Positions 19,630 to 30,848 are shown, numbered from the stretch's first letter. The stretch: 64,000 nucleotides of DNA from Faecousia sp. (GCA_045537165.1 JAZSPA010000027.1:67-64066); one strand, 5' to 3'. Notes: generated from the letters alone by a model not told the origin. Numbers and translations: made by a program.

Positions 19630-21537
19630 TTATTCCTCTGCAAAATCCGATTCCTCGGCATTCACAATGCTTTCTTCCTGTTTCTCTGCATTCACAAAAG
19701 CCATCAGCTCATCACCGGTGATGGTTTCTTTCAGCAGCAGATGCTCCGCGATCTGATCCAGCAAATGCCGGTTATCCGCAAGCAGCTGTTTGGCTTCCGC
19801 AAAGCTCTTTTCCAAAATCGCCTTGATCTCCCGGTCCACCGCAGCGGCGGTCTCCTGAGAGCAATCCAGGTATGCCTGGCCTTCCAGGTAGGCGTTGCTG
19901 ACAGAAGCGGGAGCCATCAAGCCCAGCGCTTCGCTCATACCGTACAGGGTCACCATATTCTTGGCAAGAGAAGTTGCCCGCTGAATATCGTTGGCAGCGC
20001 CGGTGGTCTGCACGCCGAATACCAGCTGCTCCGCTGCCCGGCCGCCTACCAAAGTACGCAGCTCGGTACGCAGCTCTGCTGCAGTATGCAAATATTTTTC
20101 TTCCTCAGGCATCTGCATGGTGTAACCCAGCGCACCGGAGGTATGGGGTACGATGGTGATTTTAGACACAGGCTGGGCATGCTTTTCCAGCGCCGCCACC
20201 AGGGCGTGACCCACCTCGTGGTAAGCGATGATTCGCTTTTCCGTATCAGTCAGCACGGTATTCTTCTTTTCTGTTCCGGCGATCACCGTTTCAAAGCTCA
20301 CCAGCAAATCTTCCTGGTTGACCGCTTTTCTGCCCTGACGCACCGCCCGCAAAGCAGCTTCATTTACAAGGTTCGCCAGGTCTGCACCCACCGCGCCTGC
20401 GGTGGCCTGCGCCAGTTTCTTCAAATCCACATCCTCGGCAAGCTTAATTTTCCGGGTGTGTACCTTCAAGGTATCCAGACGGCCCTGCATATTAGGGCGG
20501 TCGACAATGATCCGCCGGTCAAACCGACCGGGACGCAGCAGCGCCTTATCCAGAATCTCCGGGCGGTTGGTTGCCGCCAGACATACGATACCCTTAGAGC
20601 TATCAAAGCCGTCGATCTCACCCAAAAGCTGATTCAGGGTCTGCTCATGTTCGGAATTACCGCCGTACCGGGAATCCCGGGAGCGGCCCACCGCATCGAT
20701 CTCATCAATGAAAATAATACAGGGAGCTACCTTAGCCGCCTGCTGGAACAGATCCCGCACCCGGCTTGCGCCCACACCAACGAACATCTCCACAAAGTCA
20801 GAGCCGGAAATGGAGAAGAAAGGTACGTTCGCTTCACCGGCAACTGCCTTGGCAAGCAACGTCTTACCTGTACCGGGAGAGCCTACCAGCAGCGCGCCCT
20901 TAGGCAGCTTTGCGCCGATCTCTGCATACTTCTGGGGATTGTGAAGAAAATCAATGATCTCCTGCAAGGATTCTTTCGCCTCATCCTGACCGGCCACATC
21001 CTGGAAGGTAACACCGGTCTGCTTTTCCATATACATCTTGGCCTTGCTGGCGCCGATACCGCCCATCATACCCTCGCCGCTGAAGCGCTTGGTGACAGAA
21101 CGGATCAGCAGGAAGAAGATGGCGAACATACCCACATAGTAAAGGATCATAATGATAAAGGAATTATCTTCCTCGATCACTTCATTGACCTTGATACCGT
21201 CAGCCGCCAGCTGTCTTGCCAGGGTCAGCATATCGCCGCCTCTGGGCAGGCCTGTAAAGCAAGCTTTTTGCTGAGAACCGGGCTTTGCCGCTTCCTCCCG
21301 CGTCAGATATACCACCCGGTCAGCCTGCAATTCCACTTCTGCCAGGTTGCCATTTTCCCAGGCAGTGAGGAAATGATTGAAGTCCGTCTGGTTATACTGA
21401 GAGTTGCTGATAAAATTATAAACAACACTGACCACCAGCACCAATATCACAGTAATAATCAGGGCCATCCATATACCCTTAGGCTTTTTATCCTCGTTTT
21501 TCGGATTCTTTTTGGGATCTTCCCGTTTGGGATCCAT
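19630..21537 (-). CDS. ftsH: ATP-dependent zinc metalloprotease FtsH
   Basis: 2 [33 protein letters not shown]. Confidence 0.95.
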   Translation of the reverse strand: MDPKREDPKKNPKNEDKKPKGIWMALIITVILVLVVSVVYNFISNSQYNQTDFNHFLTAWENGNLAEVELQADRVVYLTREEAAKPGSQQKACFTGLPRGGDMLTLARQLAADGIKVNEVIEEDNSFIIMILYYVGMFAIFFLLIRSVTKRFSGEGMMGGIGASKAKMYMEKQTGVTFQDVAGQDEAKESLQEIIDFLHNPQKYAEIGAKLPKGALLVGSPGTGKTLLAKAVAGEANVPFFSISGSDFVEMFVGVGASRVRDLFQQAAKVAPCIIFIDEIDAVGRSRDSRYGGNSEHEQTLNQLLGEIDGFDSSKGIVCLAATNRPEILDKALLRPGRFDRRIIVDRPNMQGRLDTLKVHTRKIKLAEDVDLKKLAQATAGAVGADLANLVNEAALRAVRQGRKAVNQEDLLVSFETVIAGTEKKNTVLTDTEKRIIAYHEVGHALVAALEKHAQPVSKITIVPHTSGALGYTMQMPEEEKYLHTAAELRTELRTLVGGRAAEQLVFGVQTTGAANDIQRATSLAKNMVTLYGMSEALGLMAPASVSNAYLEGQAYLDCSQETAAAVDREIKAILEKSFAEAKQLLADNRHLLDQIAEHLLLKETITGDELMAFVNAEKQEESIVNAEESDFAEE

Positions 21538-21749
21538 AAGCTTTACCTCGCTTTCATCCGCATTTTTCCTATCATATCACATTTTTTCGCTAAGGGCAAC
21601 GAAAGATACCCCCAAAGCAGGTAAATTTTCTGTTAATTTCTTCCGCAAAAGGGTTGCCGTTCGTGATTTTTTTGTTGTGCAAGAAAGAAAACTTTGCTAT
21701 AATAGATTTAATATGAGGAAACTGTATCCTTTAGCAAGGAGATTGAACT

Positions 21750-22535
21750 ATGAAAGATAATTACCGCCGTAAAAACGATGTGCGCCCCGTAGAGGAAAAC
21801 GAAGGTCAGCTGGAGGGCCGCAACGCCCTGACCGAGGCGCTGCGCAGCGGCCGCACCATTGATAAAGTATTCATCGCCACCGGCGATATTGACCGGGGCT
21901 TGCAACGTCTTGCCGCCCAGGCAAAGGAGGCCGGCGCTGTTGTCGTGCCGGTAGACAGAAGAAAGCTGGACGCCATGAGTACCACCGGCGCTCACCAGGG
22001 TGTGATCGCTCTGGCCGCCGCCCGGGAATACTATTCTATCGACGATCTTTTGCAGGAAGCTGCCGACCGGGGCGAAGCGCCCCTGCTGGTGATCTGCGAT
22101 GAGCTATCTGACCCCCATAATTTGGGTGCGATCCTCCGGTGCGCCGAATGCGCCGGCGCGCATGGCGTGATCATTCCCAAGCGTCGAAGCGTAAGCCTCA
22201 CCGCTACCGTAGCCAAGGCTTCCGCCGGCGCTGTGGAATATATGAAGGTGGCACGAGTCACCAACATCACCGCCACTATGGAAGAATTAAAGCAAAAAGG
22301 CGTTTGGATCTTTGGCACAGCTGCCGAGGGCTCTGTGCCTATGTACCAGGCTGACCTGACCGGCCCTACCGCCATAGTTATTGGCAACGAGGGCGAGGGC
22401 ATGAGCCGCTTGGTGCAAAAAACCTGCGATGTAACGGTGCATATCCCTATGAAGGGCAGGATCTCCTCCCTGAACGCATCTGCCGCCGCATCTATTTTAC
22501 TGTACGAAGCCGTCCGTCAACGCCTTGGAAAGTAG
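21750..22535 (+). CDS. rlmB: 23S rRNA Gm2251 methyltransferase
   Basis: HQGVIA, DPHNLGAILR, IGNEGEGM, SLNASAA. Confidence 0.92.
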   Translation: MKDNYRRKNDVRPVEENEGQLEGRNALTEALRSGRTIDKVFIATGDIDRGLQRLAAQAKEAGAVVVPVDRRKLDAMSTTGAHQGVIALAAAREYYSIDDLLQEAADRGEAPLLVICDELSDPHNLGAILRCAECAGAHGVIIPKRRSVSLTATVAKASAGAVEYMKVARVTNITATMEELKQKGVWIFGTAAEGSVPMYQADLTGPTAIVIGNEGEGMSRLVQKTCDVTVHIPMKGRISSLNASAAASILLYEAVRQRLGK

Positions 22536-22545
22536 GAGAACGCCT

Positions 22546-24651
22546 ATGACAAAACGAGAATTCGACGATTTTGATTTAGAGGATATTATCCGGGAATTCG
22601 GCTCTGCATCGGAAGAAGAAACTGCCGAAGAACCTGTCCAGCCGGAAGCGGATATGGACAGCACCGTAGTTCTGCCCGACTTGAGCCAACTGGAGCTTCC
22701 CCAAGAAGAAACGGCAGGAGATGCCGATACTATGGTGCTGCCCGACCTGACGGATTTTACCATTGACGAGCAAGCCATTGAACCGCCCCAGGAAGAGCTG
22801 GAGCTTTCCCAGGAGCTGTTCGAAGACCAAAATACCCCGGATGACGATCCGGAGGCAGATACCATCCGTTTGGACGATGAACTGCCTAAGGCTGTCGCCC
22901 CGGAACAGGCGACCAACGTGGAATTTACCCAAAGCTGGGATCCGGAAGAAGTAGAGCAGGCTCAGGAAGTCAAGCCGGTCGAGCCCATACCTTTCCACCC
23001 CCAATCCCGGTTAAAGGAGCTGAAAAAGCAGCTGGTAAACGGCCCGGAGCGTCGTTATTATGCGCTCTTGGAAAAAGGCACTGGCAAGCTGCAGGCTGCC
23101 ATCTTCGGCAGCTGCGCGGTCACCGTTTTAAGCGCAGGCGCTACCATCCTTCATGCGTTGGGGTGGGTGCCGGAAGACCGGCTGCGGCTGATGATCTTCG
23201 GTCAGATCTTCTTTATGCTCCTCAGCGCCCTTTTTGGCAGCTTCCAGCTGATTCAAGGCGCAGCGGATCTGCTGCGCAAGCGTTTCTCCCTGAACACCCT
23301 TTTGGGGTTCGCTTTCCTTGTATGCTGCGCTGACGCCGCATTCTGTTTGCAGGATCTGCGTATCCCCTGCTGCGCCGCCTTTGGTTTGCTCACCACCATG
23401 TCCCTGTGGGCAACCTACCATCAGCGCACCACCAGGCTTTCCCAGCTGGATACCATCCGCAGAGCCACCTTCTTAAACGCTATCGGTACCGGCAGAAACG
23501 AGGACGGCACCGATGTGATCCTGCGGGGCGAAGGCCAGGTTTCCGACTTTATGGATACCTACACCGATCCCCACCCCGCCCACAAGCTGCAATCTATTTA
23601 CGCCCTTTGCGCGCTAACGCTTTCTGTAGCCATTGGCGTTACCGGCGGTGTGCTGCACGGTCTTTCTGCTGGCTTCCAGGCAGCCTCCGTTTCCCTGCTG
23701 GCTGCTGTGCCCGCCGTATCCTTCATTTGTACCACCCGTCCTTTGGCCATACTGCAGCGCCGTCTGCATAAGCTGGGCTGCGCCCTCTGCGGTTGGAAGG
23801 GCATCCAGGGACTGAAAGATAAGATCATCTTCCCGGTGCTGCATCAGGATCTTTTCCCCGCCGGTACTGTGCGCTTAAACGGCGTTAAGTACTTTGGCGC
23901 TTGCCCTCCGGAGCATGTAGCCGCCTATGCAGCCTCTATTGCTGCTGCCACAGAAAGCGGTCTTGCAGCCTTGCTGGACGGGCTTTTGGAAAATCAAAAC
24001 GGCCGCCACTACGCTTTACAGGAGCTGCAAGCCTACGAGCGGGGCTATAGCTGCAAAATTGCCGGCAATACCGTTTTATGGGGCAGACCCTCCTTTATGA
24101 AGGAAATGGACATCCCCATGGAAGAAAACAAGAACCTGGCAAACGCCCTTTGCGTTGCCGTCAACGGTGAGCTTTCCGGTATTTTCGCTATCTCCTATGA
24201 AAAGAATCGGGCAGCCGCCGCAGGCTTAAATACGCTTTGTTCCTACAGTAAGCTCTCTCCCGCTCTGGCCGCCAGCGATCCTATGCTCTCCGGCAGCTTC
24301 CTGCGGAGCAAAATGGGCGCAAATCCCAAGCACATCCTGTTCCCCGACCAGGATACCCGTACCGCTCTGCGGCATTTAGAAAAGGACGCCGATACCCCCA
24401 CCCTGCTTATCACCACCCAGGCAGGCCTTGCCCCAATGGCCTTTGGTGTCACCGGCGCCCGCTCTGCTTGGACCGCCACCCGGCTGGGCCTTTTGATTCA
24501 GCTCATCGGCGGCATCGTAGGTCTCGGCGCCATGCTGACTCTGACGATTTTAGGCGCATTTTATTTGCTGACCCCCTTTAGAGTGTTCCTCTATCAGCTC
24601 ATCTGGCTGGTGCCGGGTCTGCTCATTACTGAGTGGACACGCTCCATCTGA
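22546..24651 (+). CDS. Membrane protein with acidic N-terminus and degenerate P1B-ATPase-like region
   Basis: About 150-aa Asp/Glu-rich N-terminus, several TM segments, then a segment resembling the P-type TM-to-P-domain junction but lacking DKTGT and GDGxND. Confidence 0.5.
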   Translation: MTKREFDDFDLEDIIREFGSASEEETAEEPVQPEADMDSTVVLPDLSQLELPQEETAGDADTMVLPDLTDFTIDEQAIEPPQEELELSQELFEDQNTPDDDPEADTIRLDDELPKAVAPEQATNVEFTQSWDPEEVEQAQEVKPVEPIPFHPQSRLKELKKQLVNGPERRYYALLEKGTGKLQAAIFGSCAVTVLSAGATILHALGWVPEDRLRLMIFGQIFFMLLSALFGSFQLIQGAADLLRKRFSLNTLLGFAFLVCCADAAFCLQDLRIPCCAAFGLLTTMSLWATYHQRTTRLSQLDTIRRATFLNAIGTGRNEDGTDVILRGEGQVSDFMDTYTDPHPAHKLQSIYALCALTLSVAIGVTGGVLHGLSAGFQAASVSLLAAVPAVSFICTTRPLAILQRRLHKLGCALCGWKGIQGLKDKIIFPVLHQDLFPAGTVRLNGVKYFGACPPEHVAAYAASIAAATESGLAALLDGLLENQNGRHYALQELQAYERGYSCKIAGNTVLWGRPSFMKEMDIPMEENKNLANALCVAVNGELSGIFAISYEKNRAAAAGLNTLCSYSKLSPALAASDPMLSGSFLRSKMGANPKHILFPDQDTRTALRHLEKDADTPTLLITTQAGLAPMAFGVTGARSAWTATRLGLLIQLIGGIVGLGAMLTLTILGAFYLLTPFRVFLYQLIWLVPGLLITEWTRSI

Positions 24652-24679
24652 TATCAAAACCGTTTTTGGAGGGTTTCTC

Positions 24680-25714
24680 ATGGAAACCTTACGTTTATTC
24701 CCCCAAGAAGAAAACTGCGCTGAAATTGCCGCCCGGATCATTCGGGAAGGCGGCTTGGTGGCAGTACCCACAGAAACTGTATACGGCCTGGGTGCGGACG
24801 GATTAAATCCTGCCGCTGTTGCCAAAATATTTGCAGCCAAGGGCCGTCCTCAGGATAATCCTCTGATCCTTCACGTAACAGGCGCAGAGCAGATCGAACA
24901 GTTCTGCCATCATATCCCCGAAAGTGCCTACCGGCTGGCAGAAGCCTTTTGGCCCGGCCCGCTGACTATGGTGCTGCCGGCACGCAGCGCCGTTCCCAAA
25001 TGTACCACTGCCGGTCTTCCCACCGTGGCGGTGCGCTGCCCGGATAGCGATATTACACGTAAAATCATCGCCCTTGCCGGTGTGCCGATTGCCGCTCCCT
25101 CTGCCAATATCTCCGGCAAGCCCTCCACCACCACAGCCCAGCACGTGCTTCACGATCACGACGGCAGGATCGATGCGGTGGTAGACGGCGGAGACTGCCG
25201 TGTAGGTGTGGAATCCACCATTGTGGACTTAACGGAAACCCCGCCCCGGCTGCTTCGCCCCGGTGGCATTACCCCGGAGCAGCTTACGGAAATTTTGGGA
25301 GATCTGGTGATCGACAAAGCCATCACCTCTCAATTGAAAGCCGACGAGGTGGCCAAAGCGCCGGGTATGAAATACCGCCACTATGCTCCCCAATGTCAGG
25401 TCATCATCGTTTCCGGCAGCCGGGAAGCCGCAAGTCAGTACATTCATAAGCATTTTCAGGAAAACGACCGGGTGCTGTGCTTTATGGAAGAACTGGAGCT
25501 GTACAGCGATTGCAGCCCTTTAAGCTACGGCAGCGAGCAGGATGCAGAATCTTTGTCCCACGGCCTGTTTGCCGCTTTGCGGCTGCTGGATGAACCCAGC
25601 GTCGGCACGGTCTACGCCCGATGCCCCGAAGGCGGCGGTGTCGCCTATGCCGTGCAAAACCGGCTGAAAAAAGCAGCCGCTTTCCAAGTTGTAAATGCGG
25701 AGGAAATGGTATGA
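24680..25714 (+). CDS. sua5: L-threonylcarbamoyladenylate synthase (Sua5/YwlC)
   Basis: PTETVYGLG, KGRPQDNPLI, FWPGPLT, APSANISG, APGMKYRHYAP. Confidence 0.93.
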   Translation: METLRLFPQEENCAEIAARIIREGGLVAVPTETVYGLGADGLNPAAVAKIFAAKGRPQDNPLILHVTGAEQIEQFCHHIPESAYRLAEAFWPGPLTMVLPARSAVPKCTTAGLPTVAVRCPDSDITRKIIALAGVPIAAPSANISGKPSTTTAQHVLHDHDGRIDAVVDGGDCRVGVESTIVDLTETPPRLLRPGGITPEQLTEILGDLVIDKAITSQLKADEVAKAPGMKYRHYAPQCQVIIVSGSREAASQYIHKHFQENDRVLCFMEELELYSDCSPLSYGSEQDAESLSHGLFAALRLLDEPSVGTVYARCPEGGGVAYAVQNRLKKAAAFQVVNAEEMV

Positions 25715-26280
25715 TCATCGGTATTACCGGCTCAAGCGGCTGCGGAAAGACTACCGCCCTCAACACGCTGCAGCAGCTGGGCGCAACTATACTGGACTGC
25801 GATGCCATCTATCACCGGCTGTTAAAAGAGAATAATGCTTTGCTCAGCGCCATCGGCAACCGCTTTCCCGGCACAGTAAAAGACGGCGCTTTAGACAGAG
25901 CCGCCCTGGCTACCACCGTTTTTTCTGACCCGGCTGCCCTGGAAGATTTGAACAAAATCACCCACGGCGCTGTTGTTAACGAGGTGAAACGGCAGCTCGC
26001 CTCCGCTCCCACACTGGCTGCCATCGATGCCTACGCCCTGTTTGAAAGCGGCCTGGATAGGCTTTGTGACATAACCGTAGCCATCACAGCTCCGGAGGAG
26101 CTGCGTATTGCGCGCATTGTAAACCGGGATGGCATCACCCCGGAAAAAGCAAAAGAGCGGATTTCCGCCCAACGCCCCCAGGAAGAGATTTCCGCTTTAT
26201 GCGACTATACCCTGTGTAACAACGGCACACAGGCAGAATTTGAAGCAAAATGCCTTGCCTTTTGGAAAGGCTTTGTATAA
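25711..26280 (+). CDS. coaE: Dephospho-CoA kinase
   Basis: IIGITGSSGCGKT, LDCD, LNKITHG, LFES, RIVNRDG. Confidence 0.9.
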   Translation: MIIGITGSSGCGKTTALNTLQQLGATILDCDAIYHRLLKENNALLSAIGNRFPGTVKDGALDRAALATTVFSDPAALEDLNKITHGAVVNEVKRQLASAPTLAAIDAYALFESGLDRLCDITVAITAPEELRIARIVNRDGITPEKAKERISAQRPQEEISALCDYTLCNNGTQAEFEAKCLAFWKGFV

Positions 26281-26310
26281 TGTAATTATTCCACGAAAAG
26301 GAGAATCATT

Positions 26311-27696
26311 ATGACCAACGAAGAATTGCGTGAAAACCTGCTGCGCGCTCCCAAGAACGGCTACAATGTGCTGAATGAGGAGCAAAAGGCAGAAATGGAA
26401 GCTTACTGCAAGCGCTATATGGCCTTTATGGATGCCTGCAAGACCGAGCGGGAGGCTACCGCCTGGACTGTAGAAGTGGCTGAAAAGCACGGCTTTAAGG
26501 CGCTCGTCCCCGGTATGGAATTAAAGCCCGGCGACAAGGTATATAAGAACAACCGTAATAAGAGCATCCTGCTGGCTGTTATCGGTGAAAAGAGCCTGGA
26601 CGAGGGCGCAAACATCTGCGCCGCCCACGTGGACTCCCCCCGTATGGACTTAAAGCCCAATCCCCTGTATGAAGATAGCGAAATCGCTTATTTCAAGACC
26701 CATTACTACGGCGGCATCAAGAAATACCAGTGGACCGCTGTTCCTCTGGCCCTCCACGGCGTTGTGTGCCGCAAGGACGGCTCTACTGTGACTATCACCA
26801 TCGGTGAAGATGAGAGCGATCCCATTTTGTATGTTTCCGACCTGCTGATCCACCTGTCTGCCGACCAGATGAAAAAGACCCTGGCTGAAGGCATCGTAGG
26901 CGAGCAGCTGAATGTGATCCTGGGCACTGAGCCCCTTTCCGGCGAAGGCAGCGACCTGGTAAAGCTCCACGTGATGAAGCTGCTGAACGAAAAGTACGGC
27001 ATTGTGGAAGCAGACTTCCAGTGCGCCGAGCTGACCATCGTACCTGCCGGCAAGTGCCGTGAGGTAGGCCTGGACCGCAGCTTGCTGGGCGCTTACGGCC
27101 ACGATGACCGGGTTTGCGCTTACGCAGAGATCGAGCCCCTGCTGGAGATGGACGTTCCCGCGCACACCGCTGTGTGCATCCTGGCAGACAAAGAAGAGAT
27201 CGGTTCAGTGGGCATTTCCGGTATGCAGAGCCAGGCATTTGATACCTTTATGCAGGATCTGTGCGATTCCACCGGCGCTAACCTGAATCGCTGCCTGGAA
27301 AATTCCTTCTGCCTGTCCGCTGACGTTTCCAACGCCTTCGACCCCAACTTTGCCGAAACCTGCGACCGCCGGAACAACAGCCTGCTGAACTACGGCGTTT
27401 CCATCTGCAAGTACACCGCCTCCCGTGGCAAGGGCGGCGCATCCGACGCTTCTGCTGAAGCGATGCAGCACGTCCGCAGCACCTTTGATAAGGCCGGCGT
27501 TCTGTGGCAAATCGCTACCCTGGGTAAGGTTGATCAGGGCGGCGGCGGCACAGTTGCTGCCTATATGGCTAACCGGAACATCGTTACCGTGGATGCCGGT
27601 GTACCTGTACTGAGCATGCACGCACCTATGGAACTGGTAAGCAAGCTGGATTGCTATATGACAATGCTGGCCTGCAAAGCTATCTACCTGGCCTAA
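26311..27696 (+). CDS. M18 family aminopeptidase
   Basis: AHVDSP, HYYGGIKKYQW, GHDDR, DKEEIGS, SMHAP. Confidence 0.9.
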   Translation: MTNEELRENLLRAPKNGYNVLNEEQKAEMEAYCKRYMAFMDACKTEREATAWTVEVAEKHGFKALVPGMELKPGDKVYKNNRNKSILLAVIGEKSLDEGANICAAHVDSPRMDLKPNPLYEDSEIAYFKTHYYGGIKKYQWTAVPLALHGVVCRKDGSTVTITIGEDESDPILYVSDLLIHLSADQMKKTLAEGIVGEQLNVILGTEPLSGEGSDLVKLHVMKLLNEKYGIVEADFQCAELTIVPAGKCREVGLDRSLLGAYGHDDRVCAYAEIEPLLEMDVPAHTAVCILADKEEIGSVGISGMQSQAFDTFMQDLCDSTGANLNRCLENSFCLSADVSNAFDPNFAETCDRRNNSLLNYGVSICKYTASRGKGGASDASAEAMQHVRSTFDKAGVLWQIATLGKVDQGGGGTVAAYMANRNIVTVDAGVPVLSMHAPMELVSKLDCYMTMLACKAIYLA

Positions 27697-27723
27697 AGAC
27701 GAAGTCATAGAAGCCCCAAAGCA

Positions 27724-27756
27724 AAAGAGCCGGAGTGCATTTGCACTCCGGCTCTC
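27724..27756. terminator. Terminator between convergent genes
   Basis: GAGCCGGAGTGCA TT TGCACTCCGGCTC. Confidence 0.7.
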
Positions 27757-27767
27757 GTCTTCACTTT

Positions 27768-29474
27768 TTATACTTCCACTAACACCTTTTTCTTCCTCGT
27801 AGCCAGCAGAACTGTCAACGTGACGATCAAGGCGATCACCAGTAAACCGGCAACACCTGCTAAAACCATCAGCTCCACAGGCACCTGCCAGGACTGCACT
27901 TGCAGAGCCGCACCGCAGCTGGCGCAGACCTTACGGGAAATATCCCACTGATGCTCCTCAGGGCCAAAACTGGCGCCGCATTCACAGCTGCCCCAATGCT
28001 GATTTGCGTTATACTCCAGGGGCATAAAATTATGTACGTGTACTACCTTAGGGGCGATCTCATAATCACACACCGTGCAGGTCTGCGCGGCTTCTTCCGT
28101 AGCCTCCGGGCCGGGAATGTGGGCTTCCACCGTTTGCCGGTAGCCACAAGTCGTGCAAGGGTAATAATGGCCCTGTTTATCGCCGACATATTCCACACTA
28201 AAGGTGTGGGGCATAAAACCCACCTGCTGCAAGCAGGCGTCACAGCCGTAATAATGACCGGTTTCGCTCATATCCCAGCTGGTATGAAGCTTATGTCCGC
28301 CTTCCCGGATATAGCCGCAGATTTCGCAAGGATTTTCGCAGCTATCATTAAAATCGTGATCGCCCAGGTTGATAAGCTCCTGACAGTCGGCGCATTCGAA
28401 CCAGTGTTGGGCATCGCTGGTGGACCATTCTTCCGGGCAGTTGTGCGCCTGGCTTTCCACCTTATCACACACAAGACACTTGCGGCTGTGCGTTTCCTCA
28501 TCTACCTTTTCCCAAGCGGTATACGTATGGGTCTGCAGCTTGGCGATCTCCACCGTGCGCTGGGCGCCGCAGCCGGCGCAAGTCTGCTTTTTCGAGCCAG
28601 CTTCCTTACAGGTTGCATTCTTTGTAACCGTTCCGGCATCCCAGCTGTGGTTTGCGCCCTCCACCTTGCCGCAAATGCTGCAAATATGCTGATGCTGGCT
28701 ATCCCCTGTGCTGGCCCAACTGCCGTAGCTGTGGGCGCAATTGGCCTGAATACAGGCAGTACAATCCGCCACCGTTTTCGTATTACCAGTGTATTGCTTA
28801 GCATTACAAATGGAACATTGCTTGTACTCTTTATGGGGATGGGCACTTTCAAAACCGGTATTAAACTGGTGGGCGTGATCAGAAGTATAATTGGGAGAGC
28901 CAAAGGTATACCGACTATCGGTAAGAGCGTGATACCGGATAAATACACCGATGCCATCCCAACCGCTGTCATTGGTATTGCCCTCAATGGTAACAAAGGT
29001 ATTGTTGGCAACATCCACCTGATACACGATACCTGCGTGCTGGCCCTCTCTTGTAAACAGGTCGCCGGGCTGGGGAACTCTGCCGGAACTGTATTTAAAC
29101 GTATCTGTAATGCCGAAACCACCAAGATCCGCAAAGCTGCAAAGCTTCAATGCGGAAGTAGGGATTCCCGCCTGATTGGCGCACCAGCTGATAAACATAG
29201 CGCACCAGGGCTGATAGTTCATACTCCAGCCTACGGCGGTACTGTACCAGGCGCCATACTTGGTATCGTTGTTCCAGCCTTCCCGATAGCCCACCTGGGT
29301 CAAGGCAACACCAATGATGTCCTGCCGCTGGTTGCCGGTATTGGTATATGTATTCTCGTGAGCTGCATAAGCCTGCAGCACCGGGATTGCCGTTATAAAC
29401 AGCAAAACCGCCAAAAGCAAACCGCCAATGGCTTTATATATGGTCTTTTGTTTCATTGGCCGATTCGCCTCCAT
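27768..29474 (-). CDS. Secreted CHAP-domain protein with Cys/His repeats and C-terminal TM anchor
   Basis: Signal peptide; NDTKYG, PWCAMFISWC, HAGIV, TIEGN; many H..CxxC..H units; C-terminal TM followed by RKKK. Confidence 0.75.
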   Translation of the reverse strand: MEANRPMKQKTIYKAIGGLLLAVLLFITAIPVLQAYAAHENTYTNTGNQRQDIIGVALTQVGYREGWNNDTKYGAWYSTAVGWSMNYQPWCAMFISWCANQAGIPTSALKLCSFADLGGFGITDTFKYSSGRVPQPGDLFTREGQHAGIVYQVDVANNTFVTIEGNTNDSGWDGIGVFIRYHALTDSRYTFGSPNYTSDHAHQFNTGFESAHPHKEYKQCSICNAKQYTGNTKTVADCTACIQANCAHSYGSWASTGDSQHQHICSICGKVEGANHSWDAGTVTKNATCKEAGSKKQTCAGCGAQRTVEIAKLQTHTYTAWEKVDEETHSRKCLVCDKVESQAHNCPEEWSTSDAQHWFECADCQELINLGDHDFNDSCENPCEICGYIREGGHKLHTSWDMSETGHYYGCDACLQQVGFMPHTFSVEYVGDKQGHYYPCTTCGYRQTVEAHIPGPEATEEAAQTCTVCDYEIAPKVVHVHNFMPLEYNANQHWGSCECGASFGPEEHQWDISRKVCASCGAALQVQSWQVPVELMVLAGVAGLLVIALIVTLTVLLATRKKKVLVEV

Positions 29475-29678
29475 TTTACAGTATCAGCACTAAATAATAA
29501 CAGTTTTGTAACCAAAAATCAAGAGGAATTTTGCATTTTTCCGGTTAAAACAAGAAAAAACGGCATTTTTTTACAATATATGTGCCGTTTCCCAAAGATT
29601 AACGTCATAAATATTTACCGGAAAAGCGGTTTACTTTTTCATTCCTTAATGGTAGAATACTAGAAAGGAGGTGACACT

Positions 29679-30848
29679 ATGCGTCGATTCGCTCAATATT
29701 GCTGGCAGACTTTCCGTAAAAGCGACCTGATCTTGCTTTTGCTCTGTATCTGCGCCTCTGCCTTCGGTGTGCTGGTCATCGCCAGTGCCACCGGCTATAC
29801 CGGCAATCCCCGATATGTGCCTACCCAACTTTCTGCGATCCTCATCGGCATCGTCGCTTATGTAATCACCTCCAACGTGGATGTGAACTTCCTTTCTGAG
29901 CACCGCCGTTTCTTTTTTGGCGCGAACCTGTTCTTCCTGCTGCTGCTTATTCCTTTCGGCACGGATAACGGCACCGGCAACAAGAGCTGGCTGGACATCC
30001 CCGGTGTTCCCGTTGACATCCAGCCTGCAGAAGTTTGTAAAGTATTATATATCCTGGTCACCGCATCCGTGATGGCCTCCCATCAAAGTAAGCCCTCCTC
30101 TCCCAAGAGCGTGCTGCACAGCTTTTTTCATCTGGCGATCCTGGCCGGTCTGAATATGTTCCTCTCAGGAGACCTGGGTGTTACCATGATCTTTGTCGCC
30201 ACCTTCGTGTGCATGGCGATCACCGCCGGCATCAACTGGCTGTGGTTTATTGCGGGCGGTGGTCTATGTGTGGCAGCATTCCCTGTATTGTGGTCTTTCC
30301 TCAGCCAGTATCAGAAAAACCGTATTCTGATCCTTTTTGATCCGTCTATCGACCCCAACGGCATTAACGAACGTTATCACACGGTGCAAAGTATCCGCAC
30401 CCTTACCGGCGGCGGTATGACCGGTCAGGGCTTATTCCAGGGCATCCGTACTCGCAGCGGCTCTTTGTACGCCCAGCATACCGACTATATCTTCTCCGTT
30501 ATCGGCGAAGAGCTGGGCTATCTTGCCTGTATTGGCGTAATTTTGCTGCTTTTCCTCATCGTTGCCCGGTGCTTCTGGGTAGGTATGAGAAGTCCGGACT
30601 ATATGCGCCGTCTCATCTGTTTCGGCACAGCCTCCGCCCTCATTTTCCAAATCGTCATCAACGTGGGTATGTGCTTTGGCGTTATGCCGGTTATCGGTCT
30701 GACCCTGCCCTTTATCAGCTACGGCGGCTCTTCCATCATATCCCTGTTTGCCACGGTGGGCTTTGTGTCCGGTGTCTACGCCCGACCATCCCCCGCCAGC
30801 CACGAACGGTATATAAGGCCGCCTTATATGTCCCGTTCTTTAATATAG
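29679..30848 (+). CDS. SEDS family protein (RodA/FtsW/SpoVE)
   Basis: NKSWL, IQPAEVCK, DLG, HTDYIFSVIGEELG, GLTLPFISYGGSS. Confidence 0.9.
   Translation: MRRFAQYCWQTFRKSDLILLLLCICASAFGVLVIASATGYTGNPRYVPTQLSAILIGIVAYVITSNVDVNFLSEHRRFFFGANLFFLLLLIPFGTDNGTGNKSWLDIPGVPVDIQPAEVCKVLYILVTASVMASHQSKPSSPKSVLHSFFHLAILAGLNMFLSGDLGVTMIFVATFVCMAITAGINWLWFIAGGGLCVAAFPVLWSFLSQYQKNRILILFDPSIDPNGINERYHTVQSIRTLTGGGMTGQGLFQGIRTRSGSLYAQHTDYIFSVIGEELGYLACIGVILLLFLIVARCFWVGMRSPDYMRRLICFGTASALIFQIVINVGMCFGVMPVIGLTLPFISYGGSSIISLFATVGFVSGVYARPSPASHERYIRPPYMSRSLI

Noticed and set aside
19438-21624. 728-aa plus-strand ORF
   Set aside because: Antisense shadow of ftsH with no recognisable motifs
27900-29663. 587-aa plus-strand ORF
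   Set aside because: Antisense to the CHAP gene, which has clear motifs and a signal peptide
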